This document shows, in pieces, positions 24,397 to 37,898 of a stretch of 64,000 nt of DNA. A program made the translations under genes and the position numbers. This DNA is from Octopus vulgaris (lineage: Eukaryota). Where the stretch lies: positions 37,076,001 through 37,140,000 of the forward strand of contig OX597816.1 of assembly GCA_951406725.2 (NCBI GenBank), in the 5' to 3' direction. The notes below the pieces were generated by a model. That model ran no database searches. It saw nothing but the letters and a program-made list of their open reading frames with translations, and was not told the origin of the DNA. Positions within the stretch are counted from its first letter, which is position 1, and every line of letters starts with the position of its first letter.

Positions 24397-25557
24397 CAGA
24401 GGTTGGACAAAATAATGGAAACACCAAGCATCATAGCATTATAATTTTGAAATATCTATAAAAGTGTTAAAAGCTTGGTTATTTTTATGTTTCTTTTATT
24501 TATTTTTAGTGTTGCTTAATATGTTTGGCTAAAATTGCTGTTTCTTTTCATGTATCATCAGGAAAAGGTAATTAAAATTCATTAAAATGACAGATCTATC
24601 GGACTCTCAAAGAGGTCAAATTGTTGCTGCTCGTATGGCAGGCGCTGCGTAACGAAAACAACCGAAATATTTGGTGTATCAAGAGGTACTGTCTCGAAGG
24701 TTATGGCAGCCTTTGAGAAAGAGGGAAAAACCTCCTCGTCGAAATAATATTCCTCGAGAACCCAGTTTCCACAAAAACTGTTCGCTCACTGAGAGCGATT
24801 TCACGTCGGATTTCACGGGAAGGCTTCTATCAAAAAACCACTACTTTTAAAAACAAACGTTGCAAAGCGTTTAGAGTGGAGTAAAAACCTACAGAATTTA
24901 CCCCTAGAGTAGTGAAGAATGTTATTTTCTCGGACGAGTCATCTTTTACCTTATTTCCACTGGCCGAGTATACGTGTGGAGACTGCCAAATGAAGCATTT
25001 GACTCAGACTGCTTTCTTCCGGCTGTTAAACATGGACAAGTATCTGGTCTGGTGGAGGCTATATCTTGGAAATCCGCTGGGCCAATGCTTTCTCTTCGTG
25101 GTAGAATTAATAGTCAAGACTATTTAAGCATTTTACCTAATTAAATTCAACCTCTGGTTGCGGAACTGTTGCCGGAGGGAAACACAATCTTTCAGGATGA
25201 TAAAGCACCAATTACCACAGCTACGGTTGTTACTGAATGGCACGATGAACATTGTAGTGAAGTTAAACAGCTTACCTGGTCACTACAGTCCCCAGATCTC
25301 AATATTATTGAACATTTATGGTGCGTTTTAGAAAAACATGTAAGGAGTCCATATCCTCCCACCATCATCACTACAAGTACTGGAGACTGTTTTAGCTGAA
25401 GAATGGACAAACATCCCTTTGGAAACAATTCAATTTTTGTACGTATCCATACCTGGTAGAATTCAAGCTGTAATTACTGCCACAGACGGTCCTGCCCAGT
25501 ACTAAAATAAATTTGTTTGAAAGCTAAAGGTGTTTCTATTATTTTGTCGAATTCCTG
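24397..25557 (+). mobile_element. Tc1-like transposon with both TIRs; defective DD36E transposase
   Basis: TIRs CAGAGGTTGGACAAAATAATGGAAACACC / GGTGTTTCTATTATTTTGTCGAATTCCTG with TA flanks; MTDLSDSQRGQIV, VIFSDESSF, FQDDKAP, SPDLNIIEHLW. Confidence 0.93.
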
Positions 25558-26473
25558 TATATATATTGTTTTGTTGTTGCATATTTTACCTTGATAATAA
25601 CCTATCACATCACATAAAGCCAAAGGGCGTTCTTAAAAAGAAAACCACTTTTTAAACGCGCGATTATTTCGCACATTTCATCGTTCAAGTTCAACCTGTA
25701 TAGAATGCTATTTTTTCTGTTTATCATCATTTACTTATGACAAGCCATTAACTACCAAATCTTTATCCACCTCAATGCATTATACTGACTGGTGTTAACT
25801 ATTAAAATTACTCTTACTCTGAACTGGATTTTGCACATTTCCTTATTGCATAGAGCAGAAAGTGAGCACACACACACACACACCCTTACACTCATGCATA
25901 TATGCACAAAAAATATACTCATATTCACATTACAAGTGTATTTAAGAAACTATTGTAATTTCTTTCAAACTCTAGGTAATTTAAAATTAATCCTTAATGA
26001 GGTCTTCTCTCGTGGGAAATTACTCTTAATCGAAGTTTTTGTTAGGGTTCTTCAATCGTATTCATTTCATATTAACAATACTTGAAAAGTCTCACAAGCA
26101 TTCATTGTCAGTAAACGCTATCACATACTAGCAAAACTAAGTCCCAATGTGTGAATAGGTAATTATAAAAATATTACTTCTATTGGAAACATTTTTATTT
26201 AACGGGCTTTTCTTTTATTAAACGAATTTTCATTAGCATCTCAAATTGTGGTGACTTTTCCTTACATACTTTTACTATGCCACGTTTTCCAATTTAATTC
26301 AACTTTTACTATTCCACGTTCTCCAATTTAATTCAACGTAAGAAAATATGTGTGTGGTGTGTATATGCGTATGCATTTATATAAGCACACTTATGCACAT
26401 ACAAACGCACAGACTCACACACACGTGTGTGTGTTTGTGTGTGTGTTTGTGTGTGTGTGCGTGTGTGTGTGTG

Positions 26474-26510
<37 letters not shown>

Positions 26511-26526
26511 CTCTGTGTGTGTACAC

Positions 26527-27150
26527 ACGAGGGTGGGCTGAAAAGTTCATAGGCTGACTATGAAGGAGCAATGCTAGAGCTATAAAACCTTGCATGTGTT
26601 AAACTTAACTCTTCTTATTAATAGCTGCATTTTTCTGTCCAGATAAACTGACATGTCACTGTTTAATGAACACTTCAAATTTAACTAGTAGCGACTTCTC
26701 TTGAAAGAAGACAAAATTTGGCATCGTAGTGTTAAGAAGTACCTACAGAAACATGGTTTAAGAACGGAGCGTTTTGAAGATGACCCAACATCTGGACGTC
26801 TTGCAACTCCCACCACCAAGAAAAACTTTGATCTTGTTCACCAGATGGTGATGGACAACAGGCAAGTGACAATAAATCTATTAGCATATCCCGTGAAAGA
26901 GTTGAAAATATTCTGCACAATGAACTTGACATGACGAAGGTTTCTGCTCCTTGGATGCCATATCTCTTGACACCTGATCAAAAGCACACCAGATTCATCA
27001 GATCACAGGAATATCTCATTGTCTGAGACATATCCAGGTTTCCTTGACTCTGTCCTAAACCAGGATGACTGTTGGGTTAATCATTTTGAATCAGAGATAC
27101 AGTGACAATCCAGACAGTAGAAATACTCCTTCTTGCGTACTCCCAAAAAT
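26527..27150 (+). mobile_element. Mariner (DD34D-type) 5' remnant
   Basis: CGAGGGTGGGCTGAAAAGTTC TIR; EDDPTSGR and KVSAPWMPYLLTPDQK (WVPxxL-like) remnants. Confidence 0.8.
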
Positions 27151-27314
27151 CTTACATAGATTATAGCCTTATATTTAATTGATAATAAACGGCAGCATTC
27201 GTCTTATTTTCCTGGACTGCCAGGTTAGCTTAGAGATAACTATTAATTGATATATATATGTGTGTGTGTGTGCGTGTGTGTGTGTATGTGTGTGTGTGTG
27301 TATGTATATATATA

Positions 27315-28911
27315 AACCGGGTGTAACAGCAAAATTGTCACACTCATAATTTTTTAAAACGTCTTGAAATCAATAAACAAATAGATTTGCAATTTTACAT
27401 TTTTACCAGATAAGACGTCAGGCCATAATGATACCATTTTTGTAAGAATCAGTAAATATCTATTGAAGTATTTAGCTAGAAATAGAACAGGCTGAAATAG
27501 CTTTATGCCAGTCAAATCATGTCTTCCCAAATTAGCAATGTTGAGAGGGCTAAGAACAAGTAGGCCTTCAGTAATGGTACCAACATTCATTATCTGGTTC
27601 CATTTGCAAAGATCATTCAAGAACCATCACGAGAATTGTGAATAAGTTTGAAAGAGAGGAAATAGTGGGAAGGAAAACTGGATCAGGTGGTCGTAACTGC
27701 AAGAGGGATCATCATTTCAAGTTGGAGCTGAAGACATCAATTGGAAGAGATCCAGCTCAATCCTTAACACGCTTGCCACATAAGAAAGGAGTTCCAGCTA
27801 TGACAATTCAAAGAGCAGTGACAGAAGACTTGAAAATGAAGTCGTACTGAGACTTGTGAGACACCTTGTCATTCCACGACAAAATGTTAAAAGCTATAAA
27901 GGGTGAAGGTCATCTTGAACAAAGTTAGACATAATCCTAAAGTAATCTGTTACAGAGATGAGAAGAATTTCACCCAAGATACGCACATAAACTGATGCAA
28001 CAACTGCGTTCTGTCTTCAGCTCCTCACAAGAGAAGTTCAAAATGTCACTTTCAGGTGCAAAATACCTGCCAAGGTGATGTCTTCCGCCTGCGTGGCCTC
28101 CGATAGCAAGAAGATACCATTGATCATCTTTGAGAAGGCTCAGAACTGACAGGAATTTCTTATGTTCAGAATTTGAATTTGAAAGATGTAAAGACCTGGA
28201 TTCTTTCTGAATATTCTGGATTCAGAATATTCTGAATATTCTGAATATTCTTTCTGAATATTCAAGAGACGGGGGAAATCCCAACAAAATCGCTAAGAAC
28301 TTCAAGTATACATTCCAACAAAATGGAGCTTCTTCTTATACAAGTGTAGCGGCTCAAAATATTCTCTGGGATAGGATTGAGATCAAGTTTTAGGTTAAGG
28401 ACACTTGGTCCCCTTCATCAGTTAGTTTGAACCCTTTAGACATCAGCATCTGGAATGAACTGGTCACAAAAGCTTGTGAGAAACCCCACAGTAAGCTTCA
28501 AGCCCTCGAAAGTTCCATCCGCACGACGTAGAAAGAAGTCATTGTGGTGCAGTCCAGAAGAGAGTTGAACACGTCATTGCCAAAGGCGGAGCAACTCTTG
28601 ATGCCAAACAGGTAGAATTTCGACCAGAAACTTTGAAATAAAATTTTAAGCTTCCATTCGAATTTTATTCCGAGCTCTGAATCCTGAGCCATGGCTAATT
28701 ATAAAAATGTCTTTTTCGTTCATGATTAATTTCATCAAGATTTTTCTGGCGAAGTTGGAGAGTAATCAACATTTTTTCTTGCTCAAAGTACAGTCCAATA
28801 ATTTCGGAAAAAATTATGATAATTCCATGAAGTTAACTTTTAAGCATTTCTTAGATACAATAGTTCGAAGCGGAATCTAAAATTTGGACAATTTTGCTGG
28901 TACACTCGGTT
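27315..28911 (+). mobile_element. maT/DD37D-like transposon with both TIRs, decayed
   Basis: 25-bp TIRs AACCGGGTGTAACAGCAAAATTGTC / GACAATTTTGCTGGTACACTCGGTT (23/25) in TA context; DEKNF, FQQNGA, WSPSSVSLNPLDISIW. Confidence 0.88.
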
Positions 28912-29860
28912 TATATATATATTATATATATATATATATATATCAAAAACAGGGTTCTTGGTTTGCCTCAGCTGCATTACAATAATGCTTCATTTCAGGA
29001 CATAAGTTTCTATTGTTTTTCCTCCCGTTCTATAGATTAAATTCATAGTTTCTAAAGGAATGCGTATGGTAAAGATATCGTGATTTAAATATATGCACGA
29101 AAGAGACAAGCATTATTGAAAGTAAATGTTTGCATTAAACATTTGTATACCAGGTACTTAGCTAACAACTAGAATTTACTTTATCATTACTGGGATATCT
29201 GCTTTAACAAAGCTTATTTCTTATAGCGTGTTCTATAAAAATATTTTGTGAGATATATTAGATGAGATTCAATCAGATATACTAATCGTATTTATCTTTA
29301 AAATTCTATACAATTTGTTCTAAAGAGTGGGTTTCTCTAAATAGAGAAGATAATATATTTGCTAAAGGTGTTACTACAACTCTATTGCAGGTAAGATTAT
29401 ACAAGTAGATACATGTCTGTCTACTTTTACTATTTCTAATACTATTAGCAGGTGGAATGTAGTAAAATTTTATCTCTAAATTTATTTATCACTTGGGTTT
29501 TATGAAAATGTGATTAGTAAACCGATAAAATTTACTCACACGAGGATATAATCTATCATCTAGTGAATCAATTCGAACTAAGTTCTTAATCATGTTTATA
29601 GGGTGGTGAGATAATCTACTTATATAGGTTAAAATCTCATTGGGTGTAAAAGTAGGATATACCATTATCGTAAGACACATTTGCGCCCTGTATGCTTGTG
29701 AGTAAAAACAGTCATACATTTATACGCAACTTACATATACACACACTCATGTGTGTGTGTATGTACGAGTTGTGTACATATGCGTGGAAGTGTGTGTGTT
29801 TTTATACACACACACTGATATGCATACATAAATACATAGATACATAGATACATAGATACA

Positions 29861-29937
<77 letters not shown>

Positions 29938-29939
29938 TC

Positions 29940-30048
29940 ATTTTGCAATATTCTTAATGTGAACTCGTTTGTTGAAACAGATACTTTATTAATAAAGCTG
30001 CAAAGATATCACAAAAACTGTTACTCAGAGTTTCACGTTCCCGTTCGT
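29940..30048 (-). mobile_element. PLE-type terminus with a 5'-truncated hammerhead (30013-30048)
   Basis: Minus strand: ACGA-ACG(GGAA)CGT-GAAA-CTC(T)GAG-TA-ACAG; the first three core nucleotides are lost at the (TA)n junction. Confidence 0.6.
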
Positions 30049-30319
30049 ATATATGTATGTGAGTATGTAGCTATGTAACTGTGCCCGCTATAATAATATC
30101 GTCGTGCTGGTCGTTCAACCAACCAAGACTCCCACACCAACACCATCAAACCTTCTTCATAATTCCAGTGGCAATAGCGAAAGTGGCCTGAATTCACACA
30201 TGAGCCATTGTCCAGCTTTGATTTGCTAAACCCTCATTTGGTGAAGCAATACGTGTCCAGCTGTACGTACGTACATACATGCATACATACATACATACAT
30301 ACATACATACATACATACA

Positions 30320-30353
<34 letters not shown>

Positions 30354-31093
30354 CATACATACATAGATGCATACATACATGTATACATACATGGTGGCTG
30401 CTTTCTTGTATACGAGCAAATCCATTTCTAGAAAGAATCATTGAAATAAGTCGTTGATAATGCAATGTAAGACCCTTATATGCCTCTTGAGTCTCGCCAA
30501 AGATTTGTACATAATGAACAGTTGTGCTGGCTGGCAGGTGGAAGCGGTACCAAAGTATGAAACCTTTCGACATGTTTTTATATATAGTTATATTTTTATT
30601 TTTATTTTTAATTTATCTATATTTTCAAAATTTTACCTGTGTGCGACTGTGCGTGTGAGTGTGTGTGTGCGCGTGCGTTTGTGTGTGTGTGTGTGTAAAT
30701 AAATAAGGGGTGGATGGTGTTCCAGTGTGTAACAAAGCCGTGGTGAAAGCTTACTATATAGGAGAAAGTAACTCTGAATTCAAATCCCTCACTTCTGTCT
30801 TGTTTTTAGCCTTTGATTGGGCAAAGACAGAAAGGAGGACACTCTGATATAACGCTTGCAACTGCAAGTGCCCCCGATGATGTCGACTTGCACTTCATTT
30901 TTAATCATGCTTTGTAGTTTAGAGAGTGGGGTTAGCTCTGTGCGAAACTTTTCCTCACTTTAAAAGGCGTCAAGCACAGCTATTGCTTCAAAAGAAAACG
31001 AAATGGACATCTTACATATATACATCAACACATACAAATTTACATACAATCATATATACATTTATACATACATGATTGTATGTGTGTGTGTGA

Positions 31094-31155
<62 letters not shown>

Positions 31156-31194
31156 TTACATAAATATATATATATACACATATGTATACATATA

Positions 31195-31395
31195 TGTGGG
31201 GTGGGGTTGGCGATTTTTCTCCCGTCTTCCTTTTATTTGGGATTTTCGTCTGCCGCCCCTTTCCGAAGAAGTGCTTTGCTCGAAACGTAAAACACCCTTT
31301 CTTTCCTACCATTGGCGACTGGTTAATACTTTGTATGCACAACGTCCTCGCGTTGCTGTTGATTTTCTTGTCTTTTTCTCCGTTTTTTTATTAAT
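31195..31395 (+). mobile_element. Solo PLE terminal repeat with a variant hammerhead (31260-31292), within (TA)n
   Basis: TTT-CCGAAGA-A-GTGC(TTT)GCTC-GAAA-CG-TA-AAA; shares ACGTCCTCGCGTTG with the PLE end at ~52870. Confidence 0.65.
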
Positions 31396-31623
31396 TATAT
31401 ATGTGTGTGTGTGTGTATGTATATTTATGTCTATATATATGTATATATATGTGTGTGTGTATATATATATGTATATATATATGTGTGTGTATAAATATGT
31501 GTGTATATATATATGTATGTATATATATATAGGTATATATATATATGAACGTTTATAAACATAAATGTATACATGAATATATATATATATATACTTACAC
31601 ACACATATATATATACATATATT

Positions 31624-31675
<52 letters not shown>

Positions 31676-32101
31676 CACGTAGATATCCGTGTAGTAAGGT
31701 TATGCGAGAGTGTATGTGTATGTAAATGTTTATTTGTGTATGCCTCAAACTGACATTTTCCAATACACGAGCAAATTTAGTTTGTAATTTTGTTGAAAAT
31801 TGTTAAGACATTTCTTTCGCGGAAATCAATTTGTATCCTTTATACAAATATTCATTTATACTTTTATACAAATAAACAAATATTCATGCGAGCGCGATTT
31901 CTTTATGATGGTGTGAAATGATTTGACTTGAAATGGTTTGAAAAGAAAATATTCATTTCTATAGCTTTCAGGTTGTTGAATTAAAATATGAAAAGAAAAT
32001 ATTGGTCTTTGTCAGTATCAGTTTTTAATATAGGCACCATCTTTCCCTAGACCGGTGGAGCATCGGATTAATTCCATTTCCGATATTCATTACATATGTA
32101 A

Positions 32102-32805
32102 GGCAGCGAGCTGGCAGAAACGTTAGCACACCGGACGAAATGCTTATCGGTATTTCGTCTGCTGCTACGTTCTGAGTTCAAATTCCGCCGAGGTCGACTT
32201 TGCCTTTCATCCTTTCGGGGTCGATTAAATAAGTACCAGTTACGCACTCGGGTCTATATAATCGACTTAATCCGTTTGTCTGTCCTTGTTTGTCCTCTCT
32301 ATGTTTAACCCCTATGTGGGTAGTAAAGAAATAGGTATTTCGTCTGCCGTTACGTTCTGAGTTCAAATTCTGTCGAGGTTGACTTTGCCTTTCTTTTCGG
32401 GCTCAAGGAAATAAGTACCAGTTACGCACTGGGGTCGATATAATCGTCTAGACCCCTTCTCCCGAAAGTTTCAAAGGCTTGTGCCTAGAGTGGAAATAAT
32501 AATAATAATGAAAATAATAATGATGATGATGATAATGATGATAATAATAAAATTAAAGTAGTGTAGGGCCACCTTAATAATAAGGTGGTAGAATCATTAG
32601 CACACCGGGAAAAATTTCCCCCCGACGTCGCTTGACAAACGATGCTGGTGTGTTCACGTCCCCGTAACTTAGCGGTTCGGCCAAAGATACCGATAGAATA
32701 AGAACTAGGCTTACAAAGAATAAGTCCAGGGGTCGATGTGCTCGACTAAAGGCGGTTTTCAAGCATGGCCGCAGTCAAATGACTGAAACAAGTAAAAGAA
32801 TAAAA
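32102..32805 (+). mobile_element. SINE cluster: family B dimer (32102-32500) and family A 3' part (~32625-32805)
   Basis: Matches the 8172 and 10465-10644 copies. Confidence 0.85.
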
Positions 32806-33585
32806 ACATGTAATGTGATCTCTTACATTGAAAATATGTTTTGATTGTTTGATATTTTCTTATAAAAAGTTGATTCAGCTACCCTTAGTTACAGCGTTCA
32901 CGCACGGTTTTTTATATTTGTTGTATTTGGCGCAGGTGATTCTTTTATGGATATTGGTTATCTTTTCTCTCTTTTTTTTCTATATATCTCAAGTGTTTAT
33001 TTTTCATTTTGAAGTGTAACGCTAATAATGGAATGTTTTTTATGTTAATATTGTATGTTTCTTATTTCAGGGTTGTGTATTGTACTGTATGATAGATGCT
33101 GTGGTGTCTTTTTTTATTTGCTTTGTTTGTTTGTATGTTTTTTCTGTCTGTATTTTTTGTGAATTTTTATTACCGTCGCACCTTCTGTAACATTATCAAA
33201 TAACAACTTTGTGTATTGTCTGACAAGTACTATTCATCATTTTAATGCATGGAGTCTTTTAACCTAAGTTTCAAAATTTGAAACAGCTGAACATAATTTT
33301 CTTTGTAAATTAAACTGTTTTTGTCTTATGTATTTTGGGTGACATGGTAAGTATTGTCTAATGTCTGTCGAGTTGTAGTTAATGTCGTCTTCGACTTTTG
33401 TGTACTTTTAAAATTAAAATATTCTGAAAGGGTTGTTGATTTTAACTGTACACCACTGTAAACTATAAATGAGTTTGAGTAAATATTAAGCAACTTTTTG
33501 AACCATGAAGAATTTGTACCGGATTTTTGCAATTTTGAATTTTTTAAAACATTTTCTTCGCAATTGTCTGATAATACAGACATAG

Positions 33586-34013
33586 GGATCTTTTCCTTTT
33601 GAACGGCGCTTTTTAAAATAATTTCTAGGTAGCTAAAAAAATTTTAACTTCGTATGCTGGTAGAATGTGTTTATAAAACATCTTTTTCTCTTGTCTTTAT
33701 TCTGAAAATTCTATAGTTTGTAAGATATTTGTTGTTTTTTTCTTCAATTTCTGCAATTTCAACCAATCACTGACGTCTATTGAGGTAAACAACATTCTGT
33801 ACCGTATGAATATGTCCCTCGTTTAAGAAACAGATTGGGTTTATTTAAATTTGTGAAGAAAAAAAGTTACCTTTTAACCCGCCCCTAAACTTAACCCTAA
33901 CCCTAACCCTAAAATAGATTGAAATGCAATAGATCGATACTAGGGTCATAATTATGGGTGGCAATTTCATATGTCACCGCTAGAAAAAACTGCCGTTCAA
34001 ACCGAAAAGATCC
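33586..34013. mobile_element. MITE with GG-initiated TIRs, a 9-bp TSD and internal (TAACCC)n
   Basis: TIR GGATCTTTTC..TTTGAACGGC / GCCGTTCAAA..GAAAAGATCC; perfect TSD CAGACATAG at 33577-33585 and 34014-34022; telomere-type repeats at 33892-33912. Confidence 0.9.
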
Positions 34014-34219
34014 CAGACATAGACTTGCCCAAATGCATCAATAAATTAAAATTGATATTTTTCACTTTTGTAACAATCATCTGTTTTTCTGGATATTGAA
34101 TAACGTTTAGAGATCTGTAGGTGAGTTTAAATAAGTGTTGCCTGTTGCAGGGTTCATTGTTGTTGTTTTAATTCTGTAGTCGTTGAATTGTTAATTAACG
34201 GCTTGTAATATTGTGGTTG

Positions 34220-35470
34220 TTACCCTCCCCCACGGGGGAAGGATTTGTATAAACTATAATTTGTTTACCTCGTTGTAGAGGATTAATTACCTCGTTGTAG
34301 AGGATTCAATTTGGGTGTCATTATAGCGTCAACTGTGGAAGCAGTAACTATGATCTACGTCGCTGCTGTTGGACAACAACAGGAAATCATCATTGCAAAA
34401 AACGGCGGAAATACAATTGTTGTTTGACAAAATAACAGAAGGAAACGGGGAAAGTAAATTCCCGCACCCACTCACCCACCTGAAATAACTTCGTGCAGAA
34501 GGGAAAGAACAGTTATTTACAAAACTTTCTGTCTAAAAAATAAGAAGGTGATACGATTCGAGGAGGAAAAGATAGAATAGAAGAGAGCTTCGGGCCAGTA
34601 ATGAAGGATATTGCCTTCCTGACTCGAGGTAATAAGTACGCAACAGTTCAAGTCAGCTGAAAAGGCTAAGGAATATTCTGTTCGGACCTTGCAGAACGAC
34701 AAAATGACCTTGCTGCCATTATATCTGGGACGCAGAACGTCCCAGTTAAAAATCATAAATATCCCTCCTGATGTTGATGTAGCATGGGTTGTTTCCATGC
34801 TCCTCTTCAACAGGGAGGAAAAACTGGAGGTTATCCAGGTTAAAAGATGTGTCTCCCAGAATTGGAAGAGACAATCTTTGGAAGTCCTAGTACAAGCTTC
34901 ATCTACTGATTTGGAAGAGCTTCTAGATAGATTACAGATTGCGGAGGAGTCAGCCCGAATCATCAATGTGGAAGGGAGAAAACCTCGGTGCTTCCGGTGC
35001 GAAAGGAAGGGATACCAGATAGCCGAGTGTGTACCTCCCAAGAAAAAAGTGAAATAAATTCTTCCCACCAACGAGAAAGCAGCAAAAGTGGTAGCCCTGG
35101 CAGAGGAGGCCATTACCCAGGGGGCGACCACCAACATAGAGACCAACAACGAGAAGGTGGTAGCCTTGGCCAAGGAGGCCATTACCCAGAAGGCTACCAC
35201 CAGTAATAACAAAGAGGAAATAAGCAATGAGAAGGTGGTAGCCCAGCCTAATGAGGCCATTAACCAGAGGGCTACCACCTGTAAGAAAGTAACCAAGGAG
35301 GCCATTAACCAGGGGGCTACCACCAGCAGTGAAGGAGAAAAATAAACCCCTCCCAAAAAGGTGCAAGAAAACCCCCAAAGGTGGTCAGAAAAGCCACCGC
35401 GGAAAAAATAATAGAAAGTAAAGGGACAACCAGTGGGGGAAAACAGGAAATGGTAACAGTAGTGTTGAGA
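34220..35470 (+). mobile_element. L1/Tx1-like non-LTR retrotransposon ORF1 remnant
   Basis: ORF 34689-35057 ends VEGRKPRCFRCERKGYQIAEC (CX2CX4HX4C knuckle with H>Y), followed by tandem EKVVALAKEAITQGATT-like repeats; interrupted by stops. Confidence 0.7.
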
Positions 35471-35719
35471 AACACCAATACTTATCTGGTGGGTGTGATT
35501 GTGCCCAACCTACAAACAAGAATCTTCTATGGTGATGGTGAATAAAGAGTACTCACATACGCACGTTAAGAACAGCGTTGGCTCGACTAATAGAACAAAT
35601 TACTCTCGCCTTGTCGAACTGCTTAAGCGATAGAGGCAGGCAGATCGATTCAGACTGGATTATCCGAGCGTTCCAACGTGGACTTGGAGTAATAACGACG
35701 GATCAATCCAGTCTTATAT

Positions 35720-36146
35720 AGATAGAACTTGTTGATATGATTAGTGAGTCCCGGAGCTCCTGCCAACGAATTTTGATCAAGGAATTGCGATTGAAAAGAA
35801 TTGCAGCAAAATTTGTGCCAATCTTGTCACGAAAGATCAAAACCAGTCACGATTGAATGCGTGTCGTGAACTGAAAGAAAATTTGGAAGTTGATCCGGAC
35901 ATTTTTTCCATACCTGGTGTTATGGAATTTTTAGATGTGGAAGGGGTGAAGAATAAACCGACGGAGATTTTAAAAAACATCACTGCACTAGAATTCCGGC
36001 ACTGCTTCCAGTAGTTTACAACGCGCCTGGACCGATACATTGCTTCAAATGGAGAATTCTTTGAAGGAGATAAAAGTGTTAACATGTAAAACTAAGTGAA
36101 TAATGTGACATCGCAAATTCCCTTTTTCTTTTGGGTGCCCTCTCAT
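35720..36146 (+). mobile_element. Internally deleted mariner remnant
   Basis: KRIAAKFVP and IASNGEFFEGD remnants with the DDD core missing; TIR-like end before TA at ~36146. Confidence 0.75.
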
Positions 36147-36149
36147 ATA

Positions 36150-37660
36150 TATATCCGGTAATGACACCCCAGTCTCGCGTCACTTCCGCTCTACAGCTCA
36201 TTCGCTACATCCGTGTGTGTTCGAACTGTCTCTGCATAGGGGCCATCTGGACACTTGCCTTCCCACACGTCTCCTACATCTCCCCTTCCATCCACCTACA
36301 CATATGCATACCTATTTCTTTACTACCCAGAATGCGATAAACACAGAGAGAACAAACAAGGGCAGACAAACGAATTAAGTCGATTATATCGACGGAATTT
36401 GAATTCAGAACGCAGCGGCATATGAAATACCGCTAAGCATTTCGCCCGGCGTGCTAACATTTCTGCCAGCTTGCCGCCTTACACATATGCATACCGCCTA
36501 TCATAGTACCCTCACCAGACGCACACCACATACCATTATGCACACCCCAACACCCACAAGAGCACATAATGCCTTAACACAGACAATATATACATTACAC
36601 AGACAACATGCGTAAACATAAGCAACACCCATAGACACAGGTAACTTGCGCTCACAAACACACACCATACGAATGCACACTCAATGGCCATAGACATACA
36701 CACACATACACACCACCTGAACAAGCACACATCAACTGCTAAACAGAAGCATGTGTACACCTACGCACGCGCACACACTCACTCACTCACACACAAACAC
36801 ACACACGTTAGCTTCACAGTTATACACACGCCTATACACATACTCATATATATGCACACGTCCATACGCGCGCACACACACACACACATACACAAATACA
36901 CAAAACTCACATCACTGCGCACAACACTTTACTAGGTTACCTGTACATATACACACAATACCTTTGCACACACATCTGATAACCGCACCATACGTACACA
37001 TTGCATATGCCCACGCATATACATACATACCAGTACATGTAACACATATCACTCCACATAACGCATGCACTGGTTCACTTACACGCATACACACACACAG
37101 GTCCACATATTTTTCATCTCGCTCACACACACTCACACCCATTCATATATATTTCATTATTGCCCACAAGGGGTTAAACATAGAGGGGACAAACAAGGAC
37201 AGACAAACGGATCAAGTCGATTACATCGACCCCAGTGCGTAACTGGTACTTTATTTATCGACTCCGAAAGGATGAAAGGCAAAGTCGACCTCGGCGGAAT
37301 TTGAACTCACAACGTAACGACAGTCGAAATACGGCTACGCATTTCGGCCGGCGTCCTAACGTTTCTGCCCACACACGCCATTCTCACATACACACGCACG
37401 TGCGAGAGCAAATTAGTTTGACCGAGTCACCGTCCATTGTCTCTCTCTCGGTCAGCCTCTTTCTTCTGGCTATTTCATGATTCTGAACCGTTACTTCCAA
37501 TACAATTTTTTCAATCTTCGTTCTTTTTTTTTTTTTTCATTCCCTCTCATTTTTTCCTTAAATCCTTTCTTCCGAACGTAGGCTCGAAACGTAGAAGGCG
37601 TTTCCATTCTTCCCGAGCGTTAAACAAATCTGTCTTCATATTTTGTTTTCTGTAAATTTG

Positions 37661-37665
<5 letters not shown>
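36150..37665 (+). mobile_element. CA-rich PLE-type 3' region containing two minus-strand family B SINEs (36340-36479, 37153-37369)
   Basis: Degenerate (CA)n tract like 53100-53920, ending in ..GCTCGAAACGTAGAAGG..GAGCGT, similar to the PLE termini at 31260 and 52932. Confidence 0.55.
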
Positions 37666-37702
<37 letters not shown>

Positions 37703-37783
37703 TTATAAATAAGGATAATATCGATATTATCACGTGGCCAGCATGGGAATAAATACCATACAAAGGTAATATTTTTTTACAAC

Positions 37784-37898
37784 TATAAATAAGGGTATCT
37801 GAGAGACACCCTTATGCCGAAATAGCAGTCAAACCTAGGTGATTTTTAGAGTCAGGGTTTGACTGCTATTTCGGCATGTTGGTGTCTCTCAGATACCC

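Noticed and set aside
33883-33912. Chromosome end or fusion scar
   Set aside because: Only about three repeats, enclosed within a TIR/TSD-bounded MITE.
34517-35356. 279-aa minus-strand ORF as a membrane protein
   Set aside because: Antisense shadow of the LINE ORF1 and its tandem repeats.
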